A stretch of 63,988 bases of DNA, the filler included, from Perkinsus olseni (Eukaryota): NCBI GenBank assembly GCA_013115125.1. It is 3 parts of 3 records of this genome, joined end to end, with 100 filler letters (N's around TTAATTAATTAA, not from the genome) between each part and the next. Parts side by side here need not be neighbours in the genome. Positions count along the whole stretch, not along the records: positions 1 to 23,506 come from JABANN010000519.1; 2 more parts are not named here. One strand, 5' to 3'. The position numbers were made by a program, and so were the translations under genes. Within the stretch, counting starts at the first letter, position 1. Every line of letters starts with the position of its first letter. Of this stretch, positions 1 through 12,669 are shown in pieces. The notes beneath the pieces are model-generated. The model was not told the DNA's origin. It saw only the letters and a list, made by a program, of their open reading frames with translations, and ran no database searches.

Positions 1-770
1 GACTAAAGACCGCACTAGGTAACCTCTCGAAGGGGGAGTATGAGCACCTCCAGTCGATGCTGTACACTGCTGTCAAAGAGCATGGAAATGTCATGTTTGC
101 TGACTGGGGTGTCACTAAACAGCGAACTCTCATCGGCAAGGCTCAGAGGGCTGGCCTGCTCGGTGTCACCACCGCAATCGCCTTGGAAGCAGCGGTGAGC
201 ATGTCCCGGTATTTGCCGGGCAGCTCCTAGGGTGTTTCAAAGCTCATGGAGCTACTAGGCTTCACCTATCCACCACCACCGCCACTCGAGCGGCGATCGA
301 TCAAGAGAACGTCGAAGGCACGGTCTATGCTGCCAATCTTCGACAGCACTATTAGCGCAGCACCACGGGCTTCCGGGAGGAGACGTAGAAGGGTCACAAA
401 GGTTGATCGGAAGCATCGGAAGAGCAGCGCACCTGGTCTCGCTATCGGAGGCAATTCCCAGTGGGATAGGGCTACTGCAGAGGCGGAGCGATCATTGAAG
501 TTGCCACGTTCGTCATCGGGTGTGGAGGTGGAAGGGTGGAGGAAGCCTTCGATGATACTCTCACGGCTCTACTACGCCATGCAGGAGATGATTCTGGGAG
601 ATGACACTCGGCCCTCGCCGAAGATGCATCCATCACGATCGCGGCAACAACAACCATCGCATAATAATACGATCATCGATGTGCCTTCACGATACTATAT
701 TACCTTACAGTGTAATAAATTATTATATATCATCGACATGCTTCGTTTGTGTTTGTTAGTACTCTTGTAA
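1..770 (+). CDS. 3' part of a spliced hypothetical protein (starts upstream of window)
   Basis: Open exon-like segments joined by short GT..AG introns lead into ORF 246-770; no recognisable domain. Confidence 0.35.
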
Positions 771-815
771 CCGCTACGCCCACCAACTGAACGCAACTCA
801 GCACTACGTAACGCA

Positions 816-2266
816 CTATCGAGAGAGTAGCTCAACCAATGGTCTGAACCTTGTTGTAGTCGTAGTAGTGGACCTAAAGGCGGTGTGTCGTTGATTTCCG
901 GTGCCCTCTTCCATACCTACCTTAGTCGGGACAGCCGCCTTGCTCTTTTTAGCATCCTCTTTGATGATCTCTAGCAGGCCCTGGTAGGCCTGCGATTCCT
1001 CCAAGTCAGTCTGGCCCAGTATCTGCGAAATTCTTCGTACTGCGCGGCGTATCTTCGACCCTCCATACCTTATCCTGCCCTATGCGGTTCTTATCAGGAA
1101 GGAGCCACATGCAGTCTATCTTCCCATTGGAGGATTTATACAACGTAATCAGATCCACGTCCCTCGGGCCAACAACTCCGAGGGCCCCGTCCAGCCGCAG
1201 TCCTGGGCGTGGTGACACGATGTGACCGTGGTGCTCGAAGTCGATGCAGTACTCTAGAGCACCTATGGAAGGCCAACACTCGCCGACTCTGAAACCGTCA
1301 CTGGCGGCTCACCTTCCTTGTCGGCCTCGAAGTACCACCGCCGGAGCGTCTTTATCTCGAGGTCACTGCCAGACTCTCTGAAGGGAACGCACATCCGACC
1401 AGCCCGTTCGCCTTCGAGGGGTGTTCACTACACCGACTCTGCAAGCGCATTCAACGTGTGAAAACCCAATTTTTTCGATGTATTGATTCTGAGTTTCTGA
1501 ATTGCTCCATTGAACGGAGGGCAAGTGACTGCTACCTGAAAACGGTCTGGTATCGGGTACGAATATCCCGCAAGTCCTCGAGGATGGGCTTCTTCGTGTT
1601 GGCATCAACCACCTGACCGCAGCATCAAGTACCACTTCGTAAAGTGCCGCGGCCGACCTCACCATGGCGTCCTTGGCGAAAAACTGGCAGAAGTTAGCAA
1701 GCTTCTTCTCTATTGTCGGTCCTCGATGCTCGATCGGCACATTATTGGGAATCTTCTGGTTGAAGACTTCATCTGTGAAGTTGACCAGTTGACAGCAGTT
1801 GAAAGTCATCGCCATCTGCTGCTGCCGTTGCTGCTCGTCATCGTCCTTGACAGGCCGCATCCCTACCGCTGCCTTTCCAGCCGGTTGCACTGGTTCGCTC
1901 TTGGACACAGCCTTGTCGGCACCTATGGCACCGGTCGATGGCCTCCTTAGGTAGGTAAGTCCTTACCATTGGAGGTGCCCTCCTTCATAGCAACGAGTTG
2001 ACGCATGAGCTCTAGGTTCTCATGCCTCAGCTGCTTGTTAACCTCTTCCAGCCTCCTCACTCTTCGATGTAGTTCGTCCACATCAGCATCCTCCGATGGC
2101 CTTCGAGACTCTGAGAATGTCGAGAGTGTGACCGTAGTGAAGAGTGCCAACGACAAACCGACACCCTACCATGCCTCCTGGACCGGTCATGGGACCTGCT
2201 ACGGCGATCGTGCCTGTGGCGTCTTTCCCGGTCACGAGAGCGACTACGGCTGCGACTGCGTCCCAT
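816..2266 (-). CDS. Spliced hypothetical protein(s) with N-terminal RS-rich and coiled-coil segments
   Basis: ATG at 2266 gives MGRSRSRSRSRDRERRHRHDRR; then coiled-coil DELHRRVRRLEEVNKQLRHENLEL; further exon-like ORFs at 1363-1908, 1006-1218 and 816-1004. Exon joins unresolved; may be two genes. Confidence 0.4.
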
Positions 2267-2430
2267 CGGCAGAAGAAAGAGCAGGACCCTGCTGGAGGCG
2301 GTCCTGCAGGTGCGAGCCCGAGCAGCGTGGCAAGAAGCCTTCCGAAGATCTTCCCAACACGACAGCTCCCATCGAGATGAGCTAAACAACCGGTAAGAGT
2401 AGTAAGCAAACTGGAGCTCACTCGAGCTCT

Positions 2431-4031
2431 TCAACCTGCTGTGACCGTTGCCTCAACCCCTCCTCAGCGGAGGCTTCGCTACGACCATCAACGGTCTTGG
2501 CAGCAGCCACTGGCACCAGACGGGCAGTTCTGCACCAACGCCTTCTCCTCACGAAGTCGCCCATCCCACGGGCCGCCGACCACTGACCTGATCGACTGAC
2601 CTTGGACCTCCCTCATGTGACCGGTGCGGCCCTCACCAGTGGCGAAGTCCCTCGCGTAGGTCCAACCATCAGGATCGGTCTCGTGAGTTTCCGGACGAGC
2701 ATCGACACGCCAGAGCGATGACCATTGCCACACACCATCGCTCACAGGCGGCGGCAGGTGGACGTCCTCCTTAGTACGCCGGGACGTGCCTGCTCGAGAG
2801 GGATGGTGGCAGCCATGGTGGTCGGTATGTCTTACCCGTCTCGTCACTCCAGGCATAGCGTTCTACTGCAAGGAGATTGTCGCTCCACTTGCCGACCCAC
2901 CAGCGTTGGTTCTCGTACACTTCTACTGTGATGGTCGATGGTCGACTGTCGTGTGATGTTGCTTCTTGTGTGGACGATGGGAACCTGGCAACAACCCCAT
3001 GGCGAGGGACACTACTGTGAGGGAGACTCACAGCATGGAGCTCTTCCGACGCTTGGCAGCTCTTCTGCATTTGAATGTCTCGTAGAGGGCCTGGGCCCAG
3101 TAGGTGTGAGACAGAATAATAATAACGCATACGGTAACATGGGGCCTCGGCGATAAAAACAGCACGCATGCGCACACCAGCAAGGCCGCTCGATACGACA
3201 CTCGAGTGGCGACCCCCTCACACACGTACCTACAGAGAGAGCTGCAGACGGTCATGGAAGGGGCGATGGCTTACGCAAGAGTATCGGTCTGCTGTTTGAC
3301 GAAGGCCAAGTTAGCATCGACCTCCTCAGCGGACGTGAACTCGGAGGTACTAGTCGCTGAGAGGTAGATGTGACAGCATAGCAGCAGGAATACTAACCTG
3401 ATGAGGATGGGAATAGCAATGGCAGCGGATGGAGACAGCAGGCCTCCAACTCACCATAAAAAGTCGCTGTAGATGATGGCGATGAGGAAGAGCCAGGTGG
3501 TGGTGTATCCTGACCGCCAAGTGAGGATGTCATTGATGAACTGCCACACGTGCCTTATACCACTACATGCATAAACATACCTGATGATACAGCAGTGGGA
3601 GGAGGCAACGGTCGACTACCCAACCGCCCACCTTTGTATGGACTCGACGATCTGCCGTGTCCGCTCTGCTGTGGAGGTATCTTCGTCGGGCTTGTCGGCG
3701 GTAGCGGTCGCATTCACGGCCTGCGCGGCCACCAGCTTCCTCAGCTCCTCCGCGAAGTGTACCATCACAAGGCGCTCCGTGACTACCTGCAGTAGGGCGA
3801 CAAGAAGAGTACAGCTTTCCCTCTTTCCCTCGGCATGGTTACTACCAGTTGAATCGATACCAGTACCCGAAACATAGGGGTGCCATCAGTCTTCGAGATC
3901 ATGATGATCTACACAGAGGAGCATCTTCAACCCACGACTCAAGCGAGGATGATGGTGCTCACACTGGACTCCGCCACCTCAGTCGTGGTGGGCACAGCGA
4001 CCAGGGCATCAGCTAGGAGTTCATTGTCCAT
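2431..4031 (-). CDS. Pex23/Pex30-like peroxin with dysferlin (DysF) domain, multi-exon
   Basis: Exons encode FINDILTWRSGYTTTWLFL (Pex24p-type membrane region) and DysF signatures VEVYENQRWWVGKWS, WQWSSLWRVD, DPDGWTYARDF and DFVRRRRWCR. Confidence 0.75.
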
Positions 4032-4105
4032 GATACCTCGACGGTAGAGGCACAGTCTGAACCTGAACCGAGCGGCATGCGGGGCACCACCTTGGGGTGG
4101 GAGGC

Positions 4106-4928
4106 CTACTGTCGGACATCCCCGAGACTGGCCGGTAAAGAGAGGGCTACGTCATCATTGAAGTCCACCGTCTTGATCTGAAAGGGGTGGCAGCCGATTG
4201 ATTGAAGCTCTTCTTTTATATATCGTGCTGTTCTCGGTATGATCAGCACGTCTCTCAGCCCAAAGGGCGCCGACAGCCAAAAGCGATGGCAGACGATGGG
4301 AGAGTTCCTCTCCACCGGTTCCCTACGTTTTTAGGTAGTGTTTTGGTACTAGTCTCCACTCCCTGGCCAGGTATTGCCTCCTCGGAGCCGGTGTAAGGCT
4401 GGAAGGACAGGTAAATGCTGTCATCCCCAATGTAGTACTGTGCTGCAGCAGAGGCGACACTGTCCACCAGACCTGAGAACAGCAACGTCCTCTACACAGC
4501 GCCCCCCCCCTCTAAGCCCACTTCCAGGCTCAGCACTAGGTAGCAGTCTAGGCCTCGGAAGGCTCTGACATAGCAGTTCGAGGGTGCCCACATGAATGAC
4601 CAAGGACTGGTCGCCGTGGCCCATCGGTTGTGGTGATGCTGGGCTGCTGCTGCTGCTGCTGCTGCCCTCCTTAGAGTTGCTGCCTGACTTGGGCATTATT
4701 ATGACTTTCCCACAGAATCAGCAATCCATCCTGCACCAGTACGATCTCCCTACTATGGAACACAACCGAGTACTCTCTCAGAAACAACACTCAGCATGAC
4801 GAGATCAGTAGAGCTCGGTGGGCGCGAGGGGTGGTAGACCGCGGGCCTCTCGAGCCTCCTGCTCATCACGGTGGAAGCTGCCGGCGTATTTATCGATCCA
4901 TTCCCTGAAGGGCAGCAGCGAGCTCAGA

Positions 4929-4974
<46 letters not shown>

Positions 4975-5299
4975 AATGGGTAGTACCTTCTCGTCTGGTA
5001 GTAATCAAACCTTCTCATCTGGTCCTCGAACTGCATAGCTCTCCTATGCCAAATCCTGGACTCCGCTGTGATGTACCTATGACACCATCAGCAGCACCGA
5101 ATGACCCTCTCGGGCAATCCTTGAGCCCTTTGCTGGTCCCTTCCTACGGTGCCCATTCTCTCTCGTATGATCGGGGTGCTCGACCGTCCCTCAATGCCAT
5201 CCTCATGTCCAGGGTAACAGACCTCGGTACTTCCTTCATTATATATACTTTATGAAAGTACTCATTCATCGGCATCTACCAGTACCCCACGAACTCAGC

Positions 5300-5336
<37 letters not shown>

Positions 5337-5344
5337 CATCACTG

Positions 5345-5402
<58 letters not shown>

Positions 5403-6511
5403 CTCCCGCACAACCAGCTGCATCATATTCTGCAGCTTCTTCTTCCGGAAGTAGTACCCCGCCCGCTGCTGATGTATGCTCATAACCCTCGGGCCACGCT
5501 CAGTCCATATCCGAGCTACATGTGGACCCAAACTGATTCCGACTGGTGAGCCAAGACCGCCTACCGATATACAGTCGTGCGGGGTCGTAGCCATGATGGT
5601 CTACCATTCGGGTACGGGCCCGATACAACTGATGATGATCATGATGACGGGATTATAGTGGCTGGCACGGACAGCTCCAACAACCATCACCTACTACCAG
5701 ATCCCGAACAGGCTTAGCACTGGGTCGACAGAGGGCCTCCATCCAGTCGATCGCATCCTGTAGCTGCTTCTTCTGAAGGGAGCAAGGGGACCGCTCACAA
5801 GTAACATCAACCACAACAACTACTACTACCCTCAGGAGACGTCCGTAGACCCACAGCCTTTTGAGCGATAGATTCATGTCATGAACTTTAAACCGTACTG
5901 ATGGCCCTGGATCTGATCGTATCTGCCTAACTGGCACTACCCCATCACCCTCCCCACCGCCCTAGTACATCTCCGGCCCTCTGCTCATCGGGGTCGCTGT
6001 AGCGGGGCCAGATATGCTTCCGTCGGCGGGATATGGCCTGCCGCTGATGGGCTATCTTCTGCTTCCACGGCCACCAATTCCTCCGAGGGATGTAAAACTT
6101 ATACCGTCGGTCCTACAACGACCGAGCTCGATACTCGAGGCTGTCGATACCGCTTCTACAAGCAAGCTGCCTCCGCCAAGCCCTTGGGGTTCATTTCCGA
6201 CGGGAAGTAGGCGACCGACAGCGGACAACACCGATCGCTGACAGCCGCGGAGGCCGGCTGCTGCGCCTGGGACGAGAAGCATCCAAAAATAGATGACTGC
6301 TGCCGGTTGAGCTCCGATGTTCTACTACTGAACTCAAGTCTTCTCCAGTAGAGGATAGTTGGAGTTGGGAGAGGTGCAATGGTACGAAGGGAGGAGGCAT
6401 GTTGAACAAATCAATGGTGGTCGGCAGTGGGTTATACTGAGGCGTCCCGCAGGACGGCATCCCAGCTGGCCTGGAGGCTAGCCCCTCGGGTACCTCGATA
6501 CACATGGTCAT
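4106..6511 (-). CDS. Spliced low-complexity hypothetical protein(s)
   Basis: Series of minus-strand exon-like ORFs (6191-6511, 5653-5937, 5295-5594, 4805-5008, 4421-4696, 4255-4485, 4106-4315) separated by short intron-like gaps; no family recognised. Confidence 0.35.
4931..4971. repeat. (GCA)n microsatellite
   Basis: About 13 tandem GCA units; reads as poly-Ala on the minus strand. Confidence 0.9.
5300..5402. repeat. (TAC)n microsatellite, probably intronic
   Basis: About 33 near-perfect TAC units; produces spurious poly-L/poly-V ORFs. Confidence 0.9.
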
Positions 6512-6524
6512 GTCGAGGAGGAGG

Positions 6525-7519
6525 CTACGACCGTGGTGGAGTACCTTTCCGGGACCGGCGCTTCCACAACAGCCACAACACTAGTAAAACTGCAAATCCC
6601 GACAACACACGGACTCGCCGTCGGATGGCCTGCGAGGGATGAGGAACAAAAAGCGATTGGCATCGGCTAGTACTGCTAGCTCCTCCTGAGGGGTCTGACG
6701 GGACTGCCCCAACCGATCCAATATCAGTTCGATGTTCCTCTCTTCAAGCTTACCAGACTTGACATAATTGAGGACCTACGGGACGAGGTGGAAGTGTGGT
6801 ATGATTCCTTTTGTTATCATGGTACTACCCCTCTGAGCCAGGACACTAGATCAGCAGTCCGAGCGTATATCATACCACAATGATGATATATTTGGTCAAG
6901 GAACATCGTGTGCATCTCCAGCATCTGGTTGAATCGTCCCAAGGACTCTGCCGTCTGGGTGAACCACAAGTCCTGTTGACCAGGCACCCCCATGCCCTGT
7001 AGGCCCCCTGGGTAGCCATACCCTCCACCACTGTAAAGGGCACCACCTACTATGAAGGACGGCTGTCGACAGTCGACGGCCCCACAGACCAAGCTCACCT
7101 CCATAACCACCGTACATGGATCCACCTCCATAAAGGCCCCCTCCACCACCGTATCTGCCATCATAGTAGCAGTGCCATGGTCAGTTGCTTCTAGAAGCAA
7201 CAACAGGTATCCGCCAGTTCCCTCTTTCATTACAGTCCAGTCGTCCCTCCTCCATACAAGCCGTACCCGCTAGGGTATAACCCAGTCGTCGGTGATGCAG
7301 CTAAGGAAAAAAATCTCCAGTACCCTCGAGATGGTAGCCATCCCTACCTGATGCTAGTGTAGTAGTGGCGGTGGCATCGGTGACGGGTAGAGCCGACTCA
7401 GGAGGATGGGCTTGCTGCTGCTGCTGGTGCTGGTCAGGTTCCGCCGACTGCTGAGTTAAAGTTGCTACCGTGGAGCCCGTCGACGACGAAGACACCTGCC
7501 AGGGCTTGGGAGGTGCCAT
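6525..7519 (-). CDS. PEX13: PEX13-like peroxisomal docking protein, multi-exon
   Basis: N-terminal MAPPKPWQ (PEX13 PPKPWE motif), YG-rich region (GGYGYPGG), helical segment TQTAESLGRFNQMLEMHTMFLDQ, and a C-terminal hydrophobic TM (GFAVLLVLWLLW). Confidence 0.65.
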
Positions 7520-7649
7520 TGGATCACAAAAAAACTGCCCGACCAGCGGTCTAGCGCAGATGATGAGCTCAACTCCCGCGAGTGGTGAGAGGAACCCTTC
7601 ATAATGGTAGTGAATACAGTTGAATGATGGCAGCTGGTGGTGCTGAGGG

Positions 7650-8765
7650 CTATCGGAGTAGGTCCCGCATCTGCGATCGCTGCTCCGCAATGCGCTGGGC
7701 CGACCTATCGGTCCTGGTGTGGACCTCGTCGAGGGTCTGATTCTGACGGTTGATCTCCCGATTCATCTCGACAGTTCTGAGATTGCATACCAGTGTACAG
7801 CAGCAGGGCTTGGCACCCCTCCGGGAGGGGCCCTCCCGCTAGTACCTTGCGTGGATACCGCCTAATACATTACTCAACCCGTCCAAGTGTTTGTCCAGCT
7901 CGGCGTCGAATTGGGACTTCTCCTGCTGTTGCTGTTGTTGCTGTTGCTGAGCAGTGTTTGAAGAGGATGCTACCCCCGCCCCTTTTTGAACGGTTCCATC
8001 AGTACCGAGCTGAGGGGAAGAGCGGACGGCATGTGCGTGCGGAGGTACCTGGACGTCCTCTGTCCAAGCGTACTACCTTCGGACTGCCTGAGGTGCCGTG
8101 GCGCCCCCCTTCCTTGCTGGACGATCTGGCACTGTGTTCGAGAGCGGTACGAGCGGGTTTGGGCATATCTTTCTTAGGCTGACCCCCCCAAGCGTTACGC
8201 AATCGACCACCCCAGGAAGAGAGGCCCTTGAGTAGCCATGATGATGTGTCGAGGTTTGATTCAATCTGACAGTGTAATCATGCCCACTAGTTGCCACCAC
8301 AGCCCTCACCTGATGGCTGTTCTCGTTTATCCGGTCGATCTGCTCACCCTGGCTCTGTACAATCTCCGCCGTCCGAGCTGAACACGTGATGGCGTCCAAG
8401 GCCTAACTACTGCTCGCATGATCGAGACCATTGCTACGACTGCTAGTCCTGCGGCGGACACTACAAGAGATGACGGTTAGACCGCCAATGTAAACGTATT
8501 GGCTTAGTGAGCTCAAGTCTGCGAGTATTCAGAAGGCAGCCGCCTCGAAAGGTGAACCCGATATTGCTAATTCTGCTCGTACTGGTTTGCGCTGCGATTC
8601 TGCGTTTTCGATAGAATACTTCTCCCAACTAGCCTAAAACGCAATCTAACCTGATGTCTCATCAGTATCATGAGCTTTGGCCATGGTCGACTTCACAGTC
8701 GCCATCATCTCCCTCTGTGTGGAGGTCAATTGCTCCTGTTGCTGCCCACCCCCGAGAAGATCCAT
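7650..8765 (-). CDS. SNAP-25-like Qbc-SNARE, multi-exon
   Basis: Two SNARE heptad motifs: TAEIVQSQGEQIDRINENSHQ and VEMNREINRQNQTLDEVHTRTDRSAQRI near the stop at 7650-7652. Confidence 0.75.
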
Positions 8766-9016
8766 GCGGCGGGTGAAAAAGAAATCGATTACTGAGGCGA
8801 GCGCAAGTGAAGACGCGATGATCATTTCCACTTGTGTTCCTCGGCTGCAACACCTACCTAATGAGCTAGAGGGAGAGTTAGATAGGCATCTATTGAAGAC
8901 ATCGTACACAAGGGACTGCTCGACCTTCCTACACATGGCTCTAGTTCTCATTTGGTCGAGATGTGGTGTTGATTAGGTTGAAAGATCATTTTTAGAGCGT
9001 TGCTAATTTTTCCATC

Positions 9017-10267
9017 ATGACCGGGAGCAAGATCCATGTTGAGAATCCTGTGGTTGAGCTAGATGGTGACGAGATGACGAGGATTATCTGGGCTTGGATC
9101 AAGGAGAAGCTCATCTTGCCGTATCTTGACATTGATATTAAATATTATGATCTGTCTATTGAGCATCGTGATGCTACTGATGATCAAGTCACTGTTGATG
9201 CTGCTAATGCTATTAAACAGTATAATGTCGGTATCAAGTGTGCCACCATTACACCTGATGAGGCCCGTGTCAAGGAGTTCAATCTCAAGAAGATGTGGAG
9301 GTCACCTAATGGCACCATCAGGAATATCCTGGACGGCACTATTTTTCGAGCTCCCATCCTCTGCAAGAACGTACCCAGGTTGGTTCCTGGCTGGACTGAG
9401 CAAATCATCATTGGTCGTCATGGTCACGGTGACCAGTACAAGGCGACTGATGCTGTTGCTGGTCCTGGCAAGTTCACCGTCACGTACACTCCTGCTGGTG
9501 CCAGCGAGCCGGTCACTCAACAGGTCTTCGAGTTCAAAGATGGCGGTGGGGTGCTCATGGGCATGTACAATACTGACAAGTCTATTCATGGTTTTGCCCG
9601 TTCCTGCTTCATCTACGCCATGGACATTAAGATGCCACTCTACCTCTCGACCAAGAATACCATCCTTAAGAAGTATGATGGCCGCTTTAAGGACATCTTC
9701 CAGGAGATGTATGATAAGGAGTATAAGTCGAAGTTCGAGGAGCTCGGCATTTGGTATGAGCATAGGCTCATCGATGATATGGTTGCCCAGGCGATCAAGT
9801 CGTCTGGTGGTTTTGTATGGGCCTGCAAGAACTACGATGGTGATGTCCAATCGGACATCGTTGCCCAGGGTTACGGCTCTCTTGGGATGATGACATCTGT
9901 TTTGGTCTGCCCTGATGGTAAGACCATCGAGGCCGAGGCTGCTCATGGTACCGTCACTCGTCATTACCGTCAACATCAGAAGGGCATGAAGACATCTACC
10001 AATCCTATCGCGTCTATATTCGCTTGGACTCGAGGTTTATTCCATCGGGCTAAGCTAGATGGTAACGACCAATTGGCTCGTTTCAGCCAGGCTCTTGAGC
10101 ATGTCTGTGTGGAGACCGTCGAGAGTGGTGCCATGACCAAGGATTTGGCTCTGTGTGTTTATGGGTGCAGTCCAAGCGAGATCAAGGAGGAACAGTATCT
10201 TACCTCGGAGGACTTCATGGACGTTCTTGCTAGGAATCTTGAGCGGAAGATGGCTTCGCTGCAGTAA
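9017..10267 (+). CDS. IDH: NADP-dependent isocitrate dehydrogenase, copy 1 (intronless, 416 aa)
   Basis: Motifs [52 protein letters not shown]. Confidence 0.98.
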   Translation: MTGSKIHVENPVVELDGDEMTRIIWAWIKEKLILPYLDIDIKYYDLSIEHRDATDDQVTVDAANAIKQYNVGIKCATITPDEARVKEFNLKKMWRSPNGTIRNILDGTIFRAPILCKNVPRLVPGWTEQIIIGRHGHGDQYKATDAVAGPGKFTVTYTPAGASEPVTQQVFEFKDGGGVLMGMYNTDKSIHGFARSCFIYAMDIKMPLYLSTKNTILKKYDGRFKDIFQEMYDKEYKSKFEELGIWYEHRLIDDMVAQAIKSSGGFVWACKNYDGDVQSDIVAQGYGSLGMMTSVLVCPDGKTIEAEAAHGTVTRHYRQHQKGMKTSTNPIASIFAWTRGLFHRAKLDGNDQLARFSQALEHVCVETVESGAMTKDLALCVYGCSPSEIKEEQYLTSEDFMDVLARNLERKMASLQ

Positions 10268-10969
10268 TTCTCCTCTCACGGTTCAATCTTGATGGTACAA
10301 GTGTTGGTTGGTCGTGCATTTGTTGGTGGTGCTACTTTTTTGTCACATTTGATAATCTTTTTCAATGGGCATCCGTGAGCCTGTTTCCGACCAAACATGG
10401 CGGGGAATTAGTTTGAGTTGTTAAGCTTTGTTGTTGAAGATTAATAGACATCTATCATCCGCGATGGTCGAGCTTGGTGCCAAAAGATATGAGCATCGAG
10501 GGTATGGTAACTCGCGGTACACCATTATTGTTGCAACGGAAAGAAGCGAGCGGTTGATGCATATGAGATCTCTCGTGATAACCCGTTGGTACAGTGTTGC
10601 AAGTGGATGCTGCTGCCCTTCGCGGTGATCGTTAGTGTTCGGTTTAGTCTGCGACGATTATTTTATATGAGGACGGTCTGTTGTCGAATGCAATGGTGGA
10701 TCGTTGTTTACGTTTTCGTGCTTGGGTTAGTCGTCTTCAATGAATTTGATCTGGCATCAGTTCTGAGAGAGTCGCTTTCCAGTTCACTTAACGTATCTTG
10801 CATATCATCGTCGTGTCGTCTGTAGCTGAGTAACTTGTTGAACTAACGTGACGGAGCTAGCTATCGCTAGAGCGTGCTTCAATGATAGCTAGAGTACTGT
10901 GAGTTACCTGTCCATTTGTTACTGCTCGCAGTTTTTCTCGAACCAACAGTCGAAAGGTTCATTTCCCTC

Positions 10970-12220
10970 ATGTCCTTCCTCAAGATCCATGTTGAGAATC
11001 CCGTGGTTGAGCTAGATGGTGACGAGATGACCAGGATTATCTGGGCTTGGATCAAGGAGAAGCTTATCTTGCCGTATCTTGATATTGATATTAAATATTA
11101 TGATCTGTCTATTGAGCATCGTGATGCTACTGATGATCAAGTCACTGTTGATGCTGCTAATGCTATTAAGCAGTATAATGTTGGTATCAAGTGTGCCACC
11201 ATTACACCTGATGAGGCCCGTGTCAAGGAGTTCAATCTCAAGAAGATGTGGAGGTCACCTAATGGCACCATCAGGAATATCCTGGACGGCACTATTTTCC
11301 GAGCTCCCATCCTCTGCAAGAACGTACCCAGGTTGGTTCCTAGTTGGTCCCAGCCTATTATCATTGGTCGTCATGGTCACGGTGACCAGTACAAAGCTCA
11401 AGATCGTGTGGTTAAAGGTGCCGGTAAATTCACTATGACATTCACACCAGATGATGGTAGCGAGCCCGTGAATGTCGACGTCTTCCACTTCGGTGAGGAT
11501 GGTGGCGTCATTCAAGGCATGTACAATACTGACAAGTCTATTCATGGTTTTGCCCGTTCCTGCTTCATCTACGCCATGGACATGAAGATGCCACTCTACC
11601 TCTCGACTAAGAACACCATCCTTAAGAAGTATGATGGCCGCTTTAAGGACATCTTCCAGGAGATGTATGATAAGGAGTATAAGTCGAAGTTCGAGGAGCT
11701 CGGCATTTGGTATGAGCATAGGCTGATCGATGATATGGTTGCCCAGGCGATCAAGTCGTCTGGTGGTTTTGTATGGGCCTGCAAGAACTACGATGGTGAT
11801 GTCCAATCGGACATCGTTGCCCAGGGTTACGGCTCTCTTGGGATGATGACATCTGTTTTGGTCTGCCCTGATGGTAAGACCATCGAGGCCGAGGCTGCTC
11901 ATGGTACCGTCACTCGTCATTACCGTCAACATCAGAAGGGCATGAAGACATCCACCAATCCTATCGCCTCCATATTCGCTTGGACCCGCGGGCTCGCTCA
12001 CAGGGCCAAGCTGGATGGCAACGATGAGCTTATGAAGTTTGCCCGAGCATTAGAGGAAGTCTGTGTGGAGTCCATTGAGAATGGCGCTATGACCAAGGAC
12101 TTGGCCCTCTGCGTGTACAACTGCAAGCCCTCCGAGTTGAAGGAGACCCAGTATCTGACCTCTGAAGCTTTCATGGACGTCTTAGCTAGGAATCTCGAGG
12201 CCAAGATGTCTCTGTTCTAG
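10970..12220 (+). CDS. IDH: NADP-dependent isocitrate dehydrogenase, copy 2 (intronless, 416 aa from ATG 10970)
   Basis: Same motifs as copy 1; ATG at 10970 aligns with the copy 1 start. The TTG extension in the ORF track is probably not real. Confidence 0.97.
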   Translation: MSFLKIHVENPVVELDGDEMTRIIWAWIKEKLILPYLDIDIKYYDLSIEHRDATDDQVTVDAANAIKQYNVGIKCATITPDEARVKEFNLKKMWRSPNGTIRNILDGTIFRAPILCKNVPRLVPSWSQPIIIGRHGHGDQYKAQDRVVKGAGKFTMTFTPDDGSEPVNVDVFHFGEDGGVIQGMYNTDKSIHGFARSCFIYAMDMKMPLYLSTKNTILKKYDGRFKDIFQEMYDKEYKSKFEELGIWYEHRLIDDMVAQAIKSSGGFVWACKNYDGDVQSDIVAQGYGSLGMMTSVLVCPDGKTIEAEAAHGTVTRHYRQHQKGMKTSTNPIASIFAWTRGLAHRAKLDGNDELMKFARALEEVCVESIENGAMTKDLALCVYNCKPSELKETQYLTSEAFMDVLARNLEAKMSLF

Positions 12221-12669
12221 GGCTTTTTCCAAGTGTTTCGGTACAGTTTCAGTTGCAGAAGACGTAGTTTTTAAGACGAAGCGTTTAATGATGAAGTGAA
12301 GTGTCAGAATTTGTTGCAAGTCGCTTCGTATCATCAGTTGCTGTCGAGTTGTTAGTCGGCCATTGCCGAAGCACCGGTCACACGTTGAGCAGTGGGAACC
12401 GTCCGGGCTAATGAAACTGGAGGGTCGACAGTCTGCTGATGTTGAACACGCTGTTATTGAGTTATGACGCTAAATAGGTTGATTGGAATTGTTAGACTGA
12501 TGATCCACACGTTCTCCTACTGACTGATCACAGTCTTGCAGTCAACGGCATGATTCATGGAAGCTGCCGTTTTGAATATCCCTACAGAACATCGATAATG
12601 CCAAAGTTGTAACCCTGTCTGCAGCCAGTGCCTCCCCCCTCTCAAGCTAGATGACTGCTACATGGCCTA

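Noticed and set aside
5252-5594. Poly-Leu / poly-Val membrane proteins
   Set aside because: Translation artefacts of the (TAC)n microsatellite.
8950-10970. Relic spliced-leader sequence upstream of the intronless IDH copies
   Set aside because: No match to the dinoflagellate/Perkinsus SL (CCGTAGCCAT(T/C)TTGGCTCAAG) was seen before either ATG.
9126-12204. Long alternative-frame and antisense ORFs over the IDH genes
   Set aside because: Shadow ORFs produced by the codon bias of the real IDH frames.
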